Below, in pieces: positions 17,216 through 26,471 of a DNA stretch of 64,000 bases. The stretch is taken from the NCBI GenBank assembly GCA_963761705.1, contig CAVXHK010000001.1, positions 1,925,218 to 1,989,217 of the forward strand, in the 5' to 3' direction. The position numbers and the translations under genes are program-made. The first letter of the stretch is position 1, and each line of letters begins with the position of its first letter. Origin of the DNA: an uncultured Verrucomicrobiae bacterium. GTDB taxonomy: Bacteria > Verrucomicrobiota > Verrucomicrobiia > Chthoniobacterales > JAATET01. Under the pieces are notes generated by a model. The model saw only the letters and a program-made list of their open reading frames with translations, did no database searches and had not been told where the DNA came from.

Positions 17216-17733
17216 AGGCTATCGACACCGAGCGGTTGCGCCCAGCGTTTGATGATTGAGTCATCGTATCCGCTGGCGATGAGGTTGCGGACGTCCTGAA
17301 GCTGGCGGTCGGATTCTGAATCTTTAGCCCAGACGAGTTTGGAAAGGATGAGGTCCTCTTTGCTGACGATCCACGTTTCGAAATCGGTAACCGTGATTTG
17401 TTGGCGTCGCTGGAATTCTTCGCGGCGGTAGGGTGTCGATTTCCGGACGATGCAGTCCACTTTGATCACGCTTTCATTGTGGATCAGATTGAACATCCAC
17501 TCGTCGCGGATGGATTCGGCGACGGCGTCGGGTGAGACGTAGTAGTCTGGATCGAACAAACGAACGATGGTTTCTGCGTTCGACGGAACGAGCGCGACAA
17601 CGATGTCGATGTCACGGGTCATGCGCGGTTCGGCGTAGTAGTTCATCGCCATTGAGCCGGTGAGCATGTAGGCGATGCCGGCCGCGCTGAGTTTCTGGGA
17701 AACGTCGCGGACGATATCGAGCTCGGATAGCAT
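17194..17733 (-). CDS. Nucleotidyltransferase-fold protein (paralogue 2)
   Basis: 179 aa with the NTase signature LTGSMAMNYYAEPRMTRDIDIVV. Paralogous to 9912..10472. Confidence 0.7.
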   Translation of the reverse strand: MLSELDIVRDVSQKLSAAGIAYMLTGSMAMNYYAEPRMTRDIDIVVALVPSNAETIVRLFDPDYYVSPDAVAESIRDEWMFNLIHNESVIKVDCIVRKSTPYRREEFQRRQQITVTDFETWIVSKEDLILSKLVWAKDSESDRQLQDVRNLIASGYDDSIIKRWAQPLGVDSLWRSCQS

Positions 17734-17743
17734 GGTGCGTCGC

Positions 17744-19186
17744 TTACGCGTGGTACTCCTGTAGGCTCTTCACTTCGAGCGTCTTCTCTTTCAGTGACCG
17801 GATGGCGGCGACGCTGGCTTGGGCGCCGCGGACGGTGGTCATGGTGGCGATGCGATTTGCTACGGCGAGGGAGCGGATTTTCATCTCGTCGATCCGGGGT
17901 TGGGTGCCGGAGGGGGTGTTGATGATGAACTGGATCTCGCCGTTTTTGATCATGTCCAGGCAGTTCGGGCGGCCTTCGTTGAGGCGGAAGAGGTTTTCGG
18001 CTTTCACGCCGGCTGCGGCGAGGGCGGCTTGGGTGCCGGCGGTCGCGTAGAGCGTGAAGCCGAGTTCGGCGAACTCCTTGGCGACCGGGATGATGGCGGG
18101 TTTGTCGCTGTCGCGGACGCTGAGGAAGACGTTGCCGCTCTCGGGGAGGGCGGGCTGGGCGGACATCTGGGCTTTCGCGTAGGCGAGGCCGAAGTCGGCG
18201 TCGATGCCCATGACTTCGCCGGTGGATCGCATTTCCGGTCCGAGGGTGATGTCGGTGCCGGGGAATTTGATGAACGGGAAGACGGCTTCCTTCACGCTGA
18301 AGTGGGTCGGGATGATTTCTTCGAGGAAGCGGTCGATGAGGACGGGGCGCTCGGGTGAGGCTTCGACGGCGGTGTTGAGGTATTGGCGGAGATTGGACTC
18401 GGTGTAGACGATTTCCATGGCGCGGCCGCCGAGGACGAAGGAGGGGCGGACGAGGACGGGGTAGCCGACGCGGTTGGCGACGGCGACGGCTTCGTCTTCG
18501 TTCGTGGCGGTGGCGCCGATGGTTTGTTGAAGGCCGAGCTTGTCCAGCATGGCGGCGAAGAATTTGCGGTCCTCGGCTTTTTCGATGCTGGCGGGCTGGG
18601 TGCCGATGATGGTGCAGCCGTTGGTCTGGAGGTCGGCGGCGAGGTTGAGCGGGGTCTGGCCGCCGAACTGGACGATGACGGCGTCGCACGCTTCGGCCTC
18701 GTAGATGTTGAGGACGTCTTCGAGGGTGAGGGGTTCGAAGAAGAGCTTGTCCGAGGTGTCGTAGTCGGTGGAGACGGTCTCGGGGTTGCTGTTGACCATG
18801 ATGGTCTCCCAGCCTTCGTCCTTGAGCGCGAAGGCGGCGTGGACGCAGCAGTAGTCGAACTCGATACCCTGGCCGATGCGGTTGGGGCCGCCGCCGAGGA
18901 TCATGACCTTCTTTTTATCCGAGGCGCGGATTTCGTTTTCGTCGCCGTAGGTGCTGTAGAAGTAGGGCGTGTAGGCCTCGAACTCGGCGGCGCAGGTGTC
19001 GACGAGGCGGTAGGTGGGGAGGAGGCCTTCGGACTTCCGGCGGGCGCGCATTTCGGCCTCCGGCTGATCGTTGCACATGAAGGCGAGCTGGCGGTCGGAG
19101 AAGCCGAGCTTCTTGAACTTCCGCAGGGGCAGGCCGCTGGTGGTGACCAGTCGGGAGGTGCTGCGGGATCCGGGCTTGCCGGGAGT
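17744..19186 (-). pseudogene. carB: carB (carbamoyl-phosphate synthase large subunit) fragment: C-terminal half with an internal in-frame deletion
   Basis: Homology begins at ...LPLRKFKKLGFSDRQLAF, about residue 480 of a ~1070-aa CarB, after an in-frame TAA at 19187-19189. It contains VMILGGGPNRIGQGIEFDYCCVH and GPEMRSTGEVMG. The sequence jumps from VLIDRFLEE directly to IIPTHFSVKEAVFPF, which by recall of E. coli CarB skips about 120-130 residues. Confidence 0.8.
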
Positions 19187-19281
19187 TTATTTGCGGCTTC
19201 CGGACTGGGCGTCGGAGGAAGTGCATTGAGGCCGGGGCCTTGCTTCGATCTGGTGTTGCCGGGGGGTGGTTTTCTGGAGGG

Positions 19282-19405
19282 CCGTTACCGGTTAGCGTCG
19301 GTTCTTCTTAACTACGGCTCGGGGTGAGCCTCGCCCTCCGGGGTTGGCGGGTTGCAGCGAGGGTCACCACTGGATGACGGAGCTGGCGAACGTGAGACCG
19401 CCGCC
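19282..19405 (-). repeat. Right arm of the inverted repeat (fabH 3' tip plus downstream region)
   Basis: This is the reverse complement of 7920-8046 with few mismatches. It covers the last 13 codons and stop of the intact fabH plus about 82 bp downstream. Confidence 0.7.
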
Positions 19406-20380
19406 GAAGACGACGAGGAGGATGTAGTCACCTTCAACGAAACGGCCGGAGCGGTTGGCTTCGTCGAGGGCAATGGCGACGGCTGCGGCGGAGGTGTTGC
19501 CGTAGCGGTCGAGGTTGACCATGAACTTCTCGATGGGAATTTTCATCCGTTCGGAAAGCGCTTCGATGATGCGCATGTTCGCTTGGTGCGGGATGATGCA
19601 GGTGAGGTCGTCGATGGTGAGGTCGGCGGCATCGAGGGCGTGCCGGGCGGAGTGACTCATCGAGAGAACGGCTTGCTTGAAGGTCTCGCGTCCGTTCATG
19701 TGGAGCGTGTTGAGGCGCTCGTCCACGTTGTCTTTGGTGACCGGGATGGCGCAGCCGCCGCCGGGCATGTGGAGGATGTCGCCGTAGTTGCCGTCGCTGC
19801 CCATGTAGGTCGTGATGACGCCGTGGGAACCGGCGCGGTAGCGGAGGATGGCGGCACCGGCTCCGTCACCGAAGAGGACGCAGGTGTTGCGGTCGGTCCA
19901 ATTCATGATGGAGGAGAGTTTGTCGGCTCCAATCACGAGGATCGTCTCGTAGGTGTGGTTGGCGATGAATTGCTGGGCAATCTCGACGCCATAGAGGAAG
20001 CCGGAGCAGGCGGCGGAGACGTCGAAGCAGGCGGCTTCCTTCGCGCCGAGGTGACGCTGAACGTGGCAGGCGGTGGAAGGGAAAAAGGTGTCGGGGGTGA
20101 CGGTGGCGACAAGGATGAGGTCGATCTCGTGAGCCGTGATCCCGGCTTGTTCCATGGCACGCTCGGCGGCCTTGGCGGCCAGGTGGCTGGTGTGTTCGCC
20201 TTCGGCGGCGATGCGGCGCTCTTTGATGCCGGTGCGGGAGGTGATCCATTCGTCGTTGGTGTCGACGAGTTTTTCGAGTTCGGCGTTGGTGAGGATGCGT
20301 TCGGGGACGTAACTGCCGGTGCCGATGATGGAGACCGTGCGGTTAGGCTGCTGGGTCCGGGTCCGAGGAGACTTTTTCAT
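19364..20380 (-). CDS. fabH: 3-oxoacyl-ACP synthase III
   Basis: 338 aa with FabH motifs: [10 protein letters not shown], ACSGF active-site Cys, HQAN, GNTSAA. Confidence 0.9.
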   Translation of the reverse strand: [338 protein letters not shown]

Positions 20381-21374
20381 TAAACTGCTTGATCGCCTCG
20401 ACGATGCGAGGATTGACCTTTCGGTCGACGAACTCGCAGCCTACCCGAATGGCGTTTTTAATGGCAAGGGCGGTGCTGGACCCGTGGGCGATGATGGCGA
20501 CGCCGTTGACCCCAACGAGCGGGCTGCCACCGTAGGTCTCGTAGTTCGTCTTGTCGCGGATGGCCATGAAGGCGTCCTTCGCGAGGACGGCGCCCAGCTT
20601 CCGCTTGGGGTTGGCCATGAGTTCGTGCTTGAGCCAGCGGAACACGGCGGACGCGGTGGCCTCGCAGGTCTTGAGGACAACGTTGCCGGTGAATCCGTCG
20701 CAAAGGACGACTTCGACGGGATTCTGGAAGAGGTCGTGGCCCTCCACGTTACCGCGGAAGTTGAGGGAGCTTTTCCGGAGGAGTTTGAAGATTTCTTTGG
20801 TGAACTCGCTGCCTTTGGCGTCCTCGCTGCCGATGGACATGAGGCCAACGGAGGGGTTTTCGAAGCCGAGGACGTGCTTCGAGAGGACGGTGCCCATGAT
20901 GGCGTATTGCAGCATGTGGATGGGGCGGGCGTCGACGTTGGCTCCGGCGTCGATGAGGATGCAGACGTTGGATTCCGTTGGGAGGTAGGAACCGATGCCG
21001 GGGCGTTCCACGCCTTCGAGGGTCCGAAGCTTGATCGTGGTGGCGGCGACCATCGCGCCGGTGTTGCCGGCGGAGACAACGGCATCGGCGTCGCCGGATT
21101 TGACGAGGTCGACGGCGCGGGAGAGGGAGCTGTCTTTTTTGCGGCGGACCGCTTCGACCGGGTGGTCGGACATTTCCACGACCTGCGTGGTGTGGACGAT
21201 CTTCAGCCGGGGGTCGGTGCAGCCGGTGCGGGTGATCTCCGCGCGGAGGGCGGTTTCATCGCCGGTGAGGAAGAGGGTCTTGAGCTTCGGGAACTCGCGG
21301 AGGGCCATGCAGGCTCCTTCGACGGTGTTGCGCGGGGCGTGGTCGCCGCCCATTGCATCGAGGGCAACGTTCAT
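20343..21374 (-). CDS. plsX: Phosphate acyltransferase
   Basis: 343 aa (DAMGGDHAP, GNTGA motifs). Sits in the rpmF-plsX-fabH order. Confidence 0.9.
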   Translation of the reverse strand: MNVALDAMGGDHAPRNTVEGACMALREFPKLKTLFLTGDETALRAEITRTGCTDPRLKIVHTTQVVEMSDHPVEAVRRKKDSSLSRAVDLVKSGDADAVVSAGNTGAMVAATTIKLRTLEGVERPGIGSYLPTESNVCILIDAGANVDARPIHMLQYAIMGTVLSKHVLGFENPSVGLMSIGSEDAKGSEFTKEIFKLLRKSSLNFRGNVEGHDLFQNPVEVVLCDGFTGNVVLKTCEATASAVFRWLKHELMANPKRKLGAVLAKDAFMAIRDKTNYETYGGSPLVGVNGVAIIAHGSSTALAIKNAIRVGCEFVDRKVNPRIVEAIKQFNEKVSSDPDPAA

Positions 21375-21495
21375 TGGGCGGGGCTCAATGCTTGGGAAGT
21401 GGCGCTTCGCGCGTGGGTTGGACCGGCGATCACCATTCGCCGATCCCTGAGAAGTTCATTCGGACGTCGGCGGCAGGCAGCGGCCGCTCCTTGGA

Positions 21496-21678
21496 TTACA
21501 AAGCGTCGATGGTGAGGACTTGGCGTCCCTTGTAGTAACCGCAGCTTGGGCAGGCGATGTGGGACAGGACTGGAGCGGCACACTGGGTGCATTTGCTCAA
21601 CTGGGGGGCGTGCCAGCGGTTCGCGGCCTTGCGGCTGCGGAGCTTCATTTTGGAGACTTTGCGTTTCGGAACTGCCAT
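21496..21678 (-). CDS. rpmF: 50S ribosomal protein L32
   Basis: 60 aa starting MAVPKRKVSKMK, with a Cys cluster CTQC...CPSCG. Confidence 0.9.
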   Translation of the reverse strand: MAVPKRKVSKMKLRSRKAANRWHAPQLSKCTQCAAPVLSHIACPSCGYYKGRQVLTIDAL

Positions 21679-21708
21679 GGGATCGGGCTTGGTGGGCCGA
21701 GTTGATTA

Positions 21709-22182
21709 TTACTTCGATTTGAATTGGTCAAGGACGTTCCACGCGTCGGACCGATCGACCGGCTCGTCGGCGAGCGGGGCCTGCGGTGCGGTGCGGAACG
21801 TCGCGGAACATTCGCGGTTTCCATCGACGTCGCATCGGGGATGCGACGGCAAGAGGAGGAGAATATCCTCGCGAAGTTCGTCGGTCAAGTCCACGAGTTC
21901 GCGTCCGTCCGCTTCTTTGTGAATCGCCAGATCGGGGATTTCGAGGCTGGAGGAGAAGTCTTCGAGGCACTTGACGCACTTGGAGACCAGATCGATGGCG
22001 GCGTAGCCGAGGCCGTAGATGTCGCCGCCCGAGAGGGAAATCTCGACGGAGAATCGGATTGGCGACGTGGAGGACCATTCCGTCTGTTCCAGGTTGAGGA
22101 TGGCGGGATCAAGATCGCCAGAGACTTGGGTCGAGCCGTCGTGAGGGATGTGGGCGCGGTGGGCCTGGAGGCGAGTCAGCAT
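21709..22182 (-). CDS. DUF177 (YceD-like) protein
   Basis: 157-aa acidic ORF with CxxC (CVKCLEDF), in the conserved position upstream of rpmF. Confidence 0.7.
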   Translation of the reverse strand: MLTRLQAHRAHIPHDGSTQVSGDLDPAILNLEQTEWSSTSPIRFSVEISLSGGDIYGLGYAAIDLVSKCVKCLEDFSSSLEIPDLAIHKEADGRELVDLTDELREDILLLLPSHPRCDVDGNRECSATFRTAPQAPLADEPVDRSDAWNVLDQFKSK

Positions 22183-22185
22183 GCT

Positions 22186-22668
22186 CTAAATATTGCGGGC
22201 TTGGAGGGACTGCGCAACCGCTGCGGGAACGAATGCGCTGACGTCGCCCCCTAGCCGGGCGACTTCTTTGACGATGCGGGAGCTGATGAAGGTGCAGTCT
22301 TCCTTGGGGGTGAGGAAGACGGTCTCGAGACGCGCATCGAGGCGGCGGTTCATGAGCGCCATTTGAAATTCGAACTCGAAATCGGAGACGGCGCGGAGGC
22401 CACGAATGACGGTGAAAGTGTTTTCGCGCTGGGCGAGGTTGATGAGAAGATCGTCGAACGGGAGGACGGTCACGTTGGCGGTGGCGGGGACGGAGTCACG
22501 GATCATGGCCGCGCGCTCCTCCACGCTGAAGAGGGGGGCTTTCGAATCGCTGGCAGCGACGGCGACGATCAGGTGGTCGAACATTGCAAGGGCTCGCTCG
22601 ATGATGTCGAGGTGCCCGAAGGTGATGGGGTCGAAGCTGCCGGGATAGATGGCTCGATCGACACTCAT
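22186..22668 (-). CDS. coaD: Phosphopantetheine adenylyltransferase
   Basis: An internal Met of listed ORF 22186..22752 gives a 160-aa protein, MSVDRAIYPGSFDPITFGHLDII... Confidence 0.85.
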   Translation of the reverse strand: MSVDRAIYPGSFDPITFGHLDIIERALAMFDHLIVAVAASDSKAPLFSVEERAAMIRDSVPATANVTVLPFDDLLINLAQRENTFTVIRGLRAVSDFEFEFQMALMNRRLDARLETVFLTPKEDCTFISSRIVKEVARLGGDVSAFVPAAVAQSLQARNI

Positions 22669-22793
22669 CGGGTAAGTGCTAGCAGACGCTGCGAGCTTTT
22701 GGAATTTGGTTTTTTCTGGGGGCCGCCGGCGCGGGGGCGAGTGGTTTGGCAAAATTCAGGAGCAGCCGGTCAGGTCGCGGCTCCCGGGTGCCA

Positions 22794-24380
22794 CTATTCC
22801 CACTCGATGGTGGCAGGGGGTTTGCTGGAGATGTCGTAGCAGACTCGGTTGACGCCGTTGACTTCGTTGATGACGCGGGTCGAGATCTTGCCGAGGAGTT
22901 CGTAGGGGAGGCGGACCCAGTTGGCGGTCATTCCGTCCTGACTGTCCACGACGCGGAGAGCGACGGTGTAGTCGTAGGTGCGTTCGTCGCCCATGACGCC
23001 GACGCTGCGGACGGGGAGGAGGACGGCGAAGGATTGCCAGACTTTACCGTACCAACCGGATGATTTCATTTCTTCGAGAACGATGGTGTCGGATTCGCGG
23101 ACGATGCGCAGGCGCTCGGGGGTGATCTCGCCGAGGATTCGGACCGCGAGTCCCGGCCCGGGAAAGGGTTGGCGGCCGACGAGGGACTCGGGGAGACCGA
23201 GTTCGCGGCCTACCTGACGCACCTCGTCCTTGAAGAGCTGGCGCAGCGGCTCGACGAGTTGGAACTTCATGCGTTCGGGGAGTCCGCCGACGTTGTGGTG
23301 GGATTTGATGAGCGCGGCGGGGTTGCCCGCGATGGCGACGGATTCGATGACGTCGGGATAGAGGGTGCCTTGGCCGAGGAATTTGTAGCCGTGTTTGCCC
23401 TTCACGCTTTTTTTGAGATCGCGGGCGGCCTGCTCGAAGACCTTGATGAATTCGTTGCCGATGATTTTGCGTTTACGCTCGGGGTCGGTGACGCCCTTGA
23501 GTTTGGTGAGAAAGCGGCGGGAGGCGTCGATGACCTCGAGGTTGATCTTGAAGTGGCCGGCGAAGAGTTTTCTGACCGCTTCGGTTTCCCGGGCACGGAC
23601 GAGACCATTGTCGACGAAGATGCAGGTGAGCTGATCGCCGATGGCCTGGTGGAGGAGGGCGGCGGCGACAGACGAATCGACGCCGCCACTGAGGCCGAGA
23701 ATGACCCGGTCTGCGCCTACCTGGGCGCGGATTTGTTCGCAGGTGGTCTCGATGAACGAACCCATTGTCCAGTCGGACGGACAGCCGCAGACGCGGTTGA
23801 CGAAGTTGGCGACAATCTCCTTGCCCCGCGGGGTGTGGACGACTTCGGGGTGAAACTGAAGGCCGAAGATCTTGCGCTTGGTGTCCCCGATGACGGCGTG
23901 GGGAGAGTTCTCGGTGCGCCCGAGGGGTTTGAATCCTGCGGGCAGGGTGGTGAGACGGTCGCCGTGGGAGTTCCAGACCTCGAGTTCGCGCGGGAGTTCC
24001 GCGAAGAGTTTGGTCTGAGAAGTGATTCGGAGGGTTCCCGGGCCGTATTCGCGATGGGTGGAGCGTTCGACCTTGCCGCCAAGGTTGTGGGCGATGAGCT
24101 GCATGCCGTAGCAGATCCCGAGAACGGGAAGACCGAGGTCGAAAATTTTCTTATCAACCTTGGGCGCGTTCTTCGCGTAGACGCTGGCGGGTCCGCCGGA
24201 GAGAATGATTCCCCGGGCCTCGAGTTTGGCGATGGCGGAGGCCTTGGTGTCGTGGGGCAGAATCTCGGAGTAGACGGAGCACTCGCGAACGCGGCGTGCG
24301 ATCACCTGGGTGTATTGTGACCCGAAGTCGAGGATGACGATCCCGCTGACTCGGGGAGCGGACGGAGTGGGATCGGACAC
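22794..24380 (-). CDS. guaA: GMP synthase (glutamine-hydrolysing)
   Basis: 528 aa. GATase motif (GICYGMQL), ATP-PPase motif ([10 protein letters not shown]) and a C-terminal PPATIEWE. Confidence 0.95.
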   Translation of the reverse strand: MSDPTPSAPRVSGIVILDFGSQYTQVIARRVRECSVYSEILPHDTKASAIAKLEARGIILSGGPASVYAKNAPKVDKKIFDLGLPVLGICYGMQLIAHNLGGKVERSTHREYGPGTLRITSQTKLFAELPRELEVWNSHGDRLTTLPAGFKPLGRTENSPHAVIGDTKRKIFGLQFHPEVVHTPRGKEIVANFVNRVCGCPSDWTMGSFIETTCEQIRAQVGADRVILGLSGGVDSSVAAALLHQAIGDQLTCIFVDNGLVRARETEAVRKLFAGHFKINLEVIDASRRFLTKLKGVTDPERKRKIIGNEFIKVFEQAARDLKKSVKGKHGYKFLGQGTLYPDVIESVAIAGNPAALIKSHHNVGGLPERMKFQLVEPLRQLFKDEVRQVGRELGLPESLVGRQPFPGPGLAVRILGEITPERLRIVRESDTIVLEEMKSSGWYGKVWQSFAVLLPVRSVGVMGDERTYDYTVALRVVDSQDGMTANWVRLPYELLGKISTRVINEVNGVNRVCYDISSKPPATIEWE

Positions 24381-24386
24381 GTGTCG

Positions 24387-24563
24387 TTAGTTGTATTCGT
24401 TGCCGAATCCGTCGTTCGTGGGGTCGTTTGGAACGATCTGGCCGCGGCCCTGGATGCCCTCCTGGAATTGGTCGCCGACTTCGTCGGTCGACGTCTCCGT
24501 GAAGGCGCAACCGGTGAGGATGATCGCGGCTGAAACCGCGCAAAGAAGAGAGACAATTTTCAC
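24387..24563 (-). CDS. Small putative lipoprotein
   Basis: A GTG start at 24563 gives VKIVSLLCAVSAAIILTGC..., with lipobox LTGC. It forms the tail of listed ORF 24387..25079. Confidence 0.4.
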   Translation of the reverse strand: MKIVSLLCAVSAAIILTGCAFTETSTDEVGDQFQEGIQGRGQIVPNDPTNDGFGNEYN

Positions 24564-24575
24564 CGCGGCAGCATA

Positions 24576-25205
24576 GTGATCGCGAACTTGATGGCAATGC
24601 TGATTCCAACCGAGACCTTGTTGCTCGCATACCGGTCGGGCATTTTTCCGATGGCGATCGGGCCGGGGGACATTCGCTGGTTTGCTCCGGATCCGCGGGG
24701 GATTTTGCCTTTGGATGGATTTCGGGTGCCTCACGGGTCGCGGAAGACGCTCCGGGATCCGGCCTGGGAGGTGCGGGTGGACACGGATTTCGAGGGAGTG
24801 ATGCGGGCCTGCGGGGAGCGGGACGAGACGTGGATCGACGAGGTGATCGTGGGGAGCTACGGGCGACTCTTCGCGGCGGGGTTCGCGCATTCCGTGGAAG
24901 TGTGGCGGGACGGGGCGCTGGCCGGGGGACTCTACGGGGTGGCGATCGGCGGCGTGTTCTTTGGTGAGTCGATGTTCTCGCGGGTCGGCGGCGCGTCGAA
25001 GGTGGGGTTGGTGGCGTTGGTGCAGATTCTCCAGGCGGGCGGGTTCGAGCTGCTGGACATCCAGTGGACGACGCCGCATTTGGTGGGTTTTGGGGCGGTG
25101 GAGATCCCGCGGGCGGAGTATGAACGGCGGCTCGGAGCCGGTCTGATGCAGAGGACTTTTTTTCGGTGGCCGATTGAGGAATCAGAAGCCGTTCGCGAAC
25201 AATAG
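24576..25205 (+). CDS. aat: Leucyl/phenylalanyl-tRNA--protein transferase
   Basis: 209 aa with motifs LLLAYRSGIFPM, GGLYGVAIGGVFFGESMFS, DIQWTTPHL. Confidence 0.85.
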   Translation: MIANLMAMLIPTETLLLAYRSGIFPMAIGPGDIRWFAPDPRGILPLDGFRVPHGSRKTLRDPAWEVRVDTDFEGVMRACGERDETWIDEVIVGSYGRLFAAGFAHSVEVWRDGALAGGLYGVAIGGVFFGESMFSRVGGASKVGLVALVQILQAGGFELLDIQWTTPHLVGFGAVEIPRAEYERRLGAGLMQRTFFRWPIEESEAVREQ

Positions 25206-25259
25206 GTGTTATGCCCCAATAGGCTTTACGGTCTGGGATCTTCGTCGCAGGGTAGGGGG

Positions 25260-25601
25260 ATGGAAACAGTGGTGGATTTCGATCAACTCGACATGATCGC
25301 AGACGGTTACACGGAGGATTTCGTGGAAATTTATCGGGACTTTGAGCAGGACCTTCCGCGGATTCTCGGGGAGGTGCAGGCGGGGATCGATGCGGGTGAC
25401 GCGGGCGCCGCGTCGCGGGCGGCGCATCAGGCCAAGGGGAGCGCAGCGAACTTCGGATTTATCGGGTTTACCTCGCTGATGGCGACGCTGGAGAGCGACG
25501 CACGGGATGGCTCGGTGACGGGCGCGGGCGATCTGCTGGACCGGGCGCGGGTGATCTTCGGGCAGTCGGTCGCGCTGGTGAAGGCCGAGCGGGGGATGTG
25601 A
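25260..25601 (+). CDS. Hpt (histidine phosphotransfer) domain protein
   Basis: Internal Met of ORF 25206..25601. Carries the phospho-His motif AAHQAKGSAANFG. Confidence 0.65.
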   Translation: METVVDFDQLDMIADGYTEDFVEIYRDFEQDLPRILGEVQAGIDAGDAGAASRAAHQAKGSAANFGFIGFTSLMATLESDARDGSVTGAGDLLDRARVIFGQSVALVKAERGM

Positions 25602-25696
25602 GGATGCGGTCGGAAGGTCGCAGGTCTTCACCTCGGGTTGGAATCGCTGGGGCGATGATCGAGAGACTTTGGACCTTTGGACGGTCCGACCTTCGA

Positions 25697-26395
25697 CTAC
25701 CAACTGTAGCGATCGCGGTTGCCGTCGCGGTCTAGAAATTGGCCTGAGTCCTCGGGGGTGAGGTTGGTGATCGTCTGGAAGATGGAGGCGGCGGATTCCT
25801 CGGGGGTGAGTTGGGCATTCTCGCCGCCCATGTCCGTCTTGACCCAGCCGGGGCTGATCGGAGTGACGATGATCTTCTCCGGCCTGAACTCCGCGGCCAT
25901 GGCTCGGGTGAGCATGTTGAGGGCGGCTTTGGAGACGGCGTAGGGGTAGTAGGAGTTGTCTTCCTTCTCGCCGATGCAGGCGGCTCCGGAGGAGACGTTG
26001 ACGATGCGGGCGTTGGTGGCGCGGCGGAGATGAGGGAGAAAAGCGCGGGTGACGCGGGCGACGCCGGCGACGTTGGTTTCAACGGCTTCAGCGAACCAGC
26101 TCGGGTCGAGAGTCTCGAGCGTTTCGTTGCCTTCGCCCGGGAAGATGGCGGCGTTATTGACGAGGGCGTCGAGCGGACCTTCGCCGAGGCTGGCGGCGGC
26201 GCGGGCGAGGGTGGCGGTGTCGTTGACGTCGATCTGGACGGGGTGGAAGTTGGGGTGTTGGGCGGCGGCGGTGGTGAGAGACGGAGCTTCGGGATTGCGG
26301 GCGGCGGCGTGGACGGTCCAGTCGGCGCGGGCGAAGGCTAGCGCCAGGGCGTGGCCGATGCCGCGGTTGGCTCCGGTGATGAGGATGGTGGGCAT
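25697..26395 (-). CDS. Short-chain dehydrogenase/reductase
   Basis: 232 aa with TGANRGIG, NNAA and YxxxK (YAVSKAAL). Confidence 0.85.
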   Translation of the reverse strand: MPTILITGANRGIGHALALAFARADWTVHAAARNPEAPSLTTAAAQHPNFHPVQIDVNDTATLARAAASLGEGPLDALVNNAAIFPGEGNETLETLDPSWFAEAVETNVAGVARVTRAFLPHLRRATNARIVNVSSGAACIGEKEDNSYYPYAVSKAALNMLTRAMAAEFRPEKIIVTPISPGWVKTDMGGENAQLTPEESAASIFQTITNLTPEDSGQFLDRDGNRDRYSW

Positions 26396-26471
26396 GAGGG
26401 GGTTGCTCTTAGATCGTTGATTTTCGCTGCTTGGCGTGGTGCCGGGCTGGAAGCCCGAGCTCCCCGGCTCG

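Noticed and set aside
22669-22752. N-terminal extension of coaD (MPNHSPPRRRPPEKTKFQKLAASASTYP).
   Set aside because: It is a low-complexity Pro/Arg-rich extension. The internal Met gives the canonical ~160-aa CoaD beginning just before the AIYPGSFDP motif.
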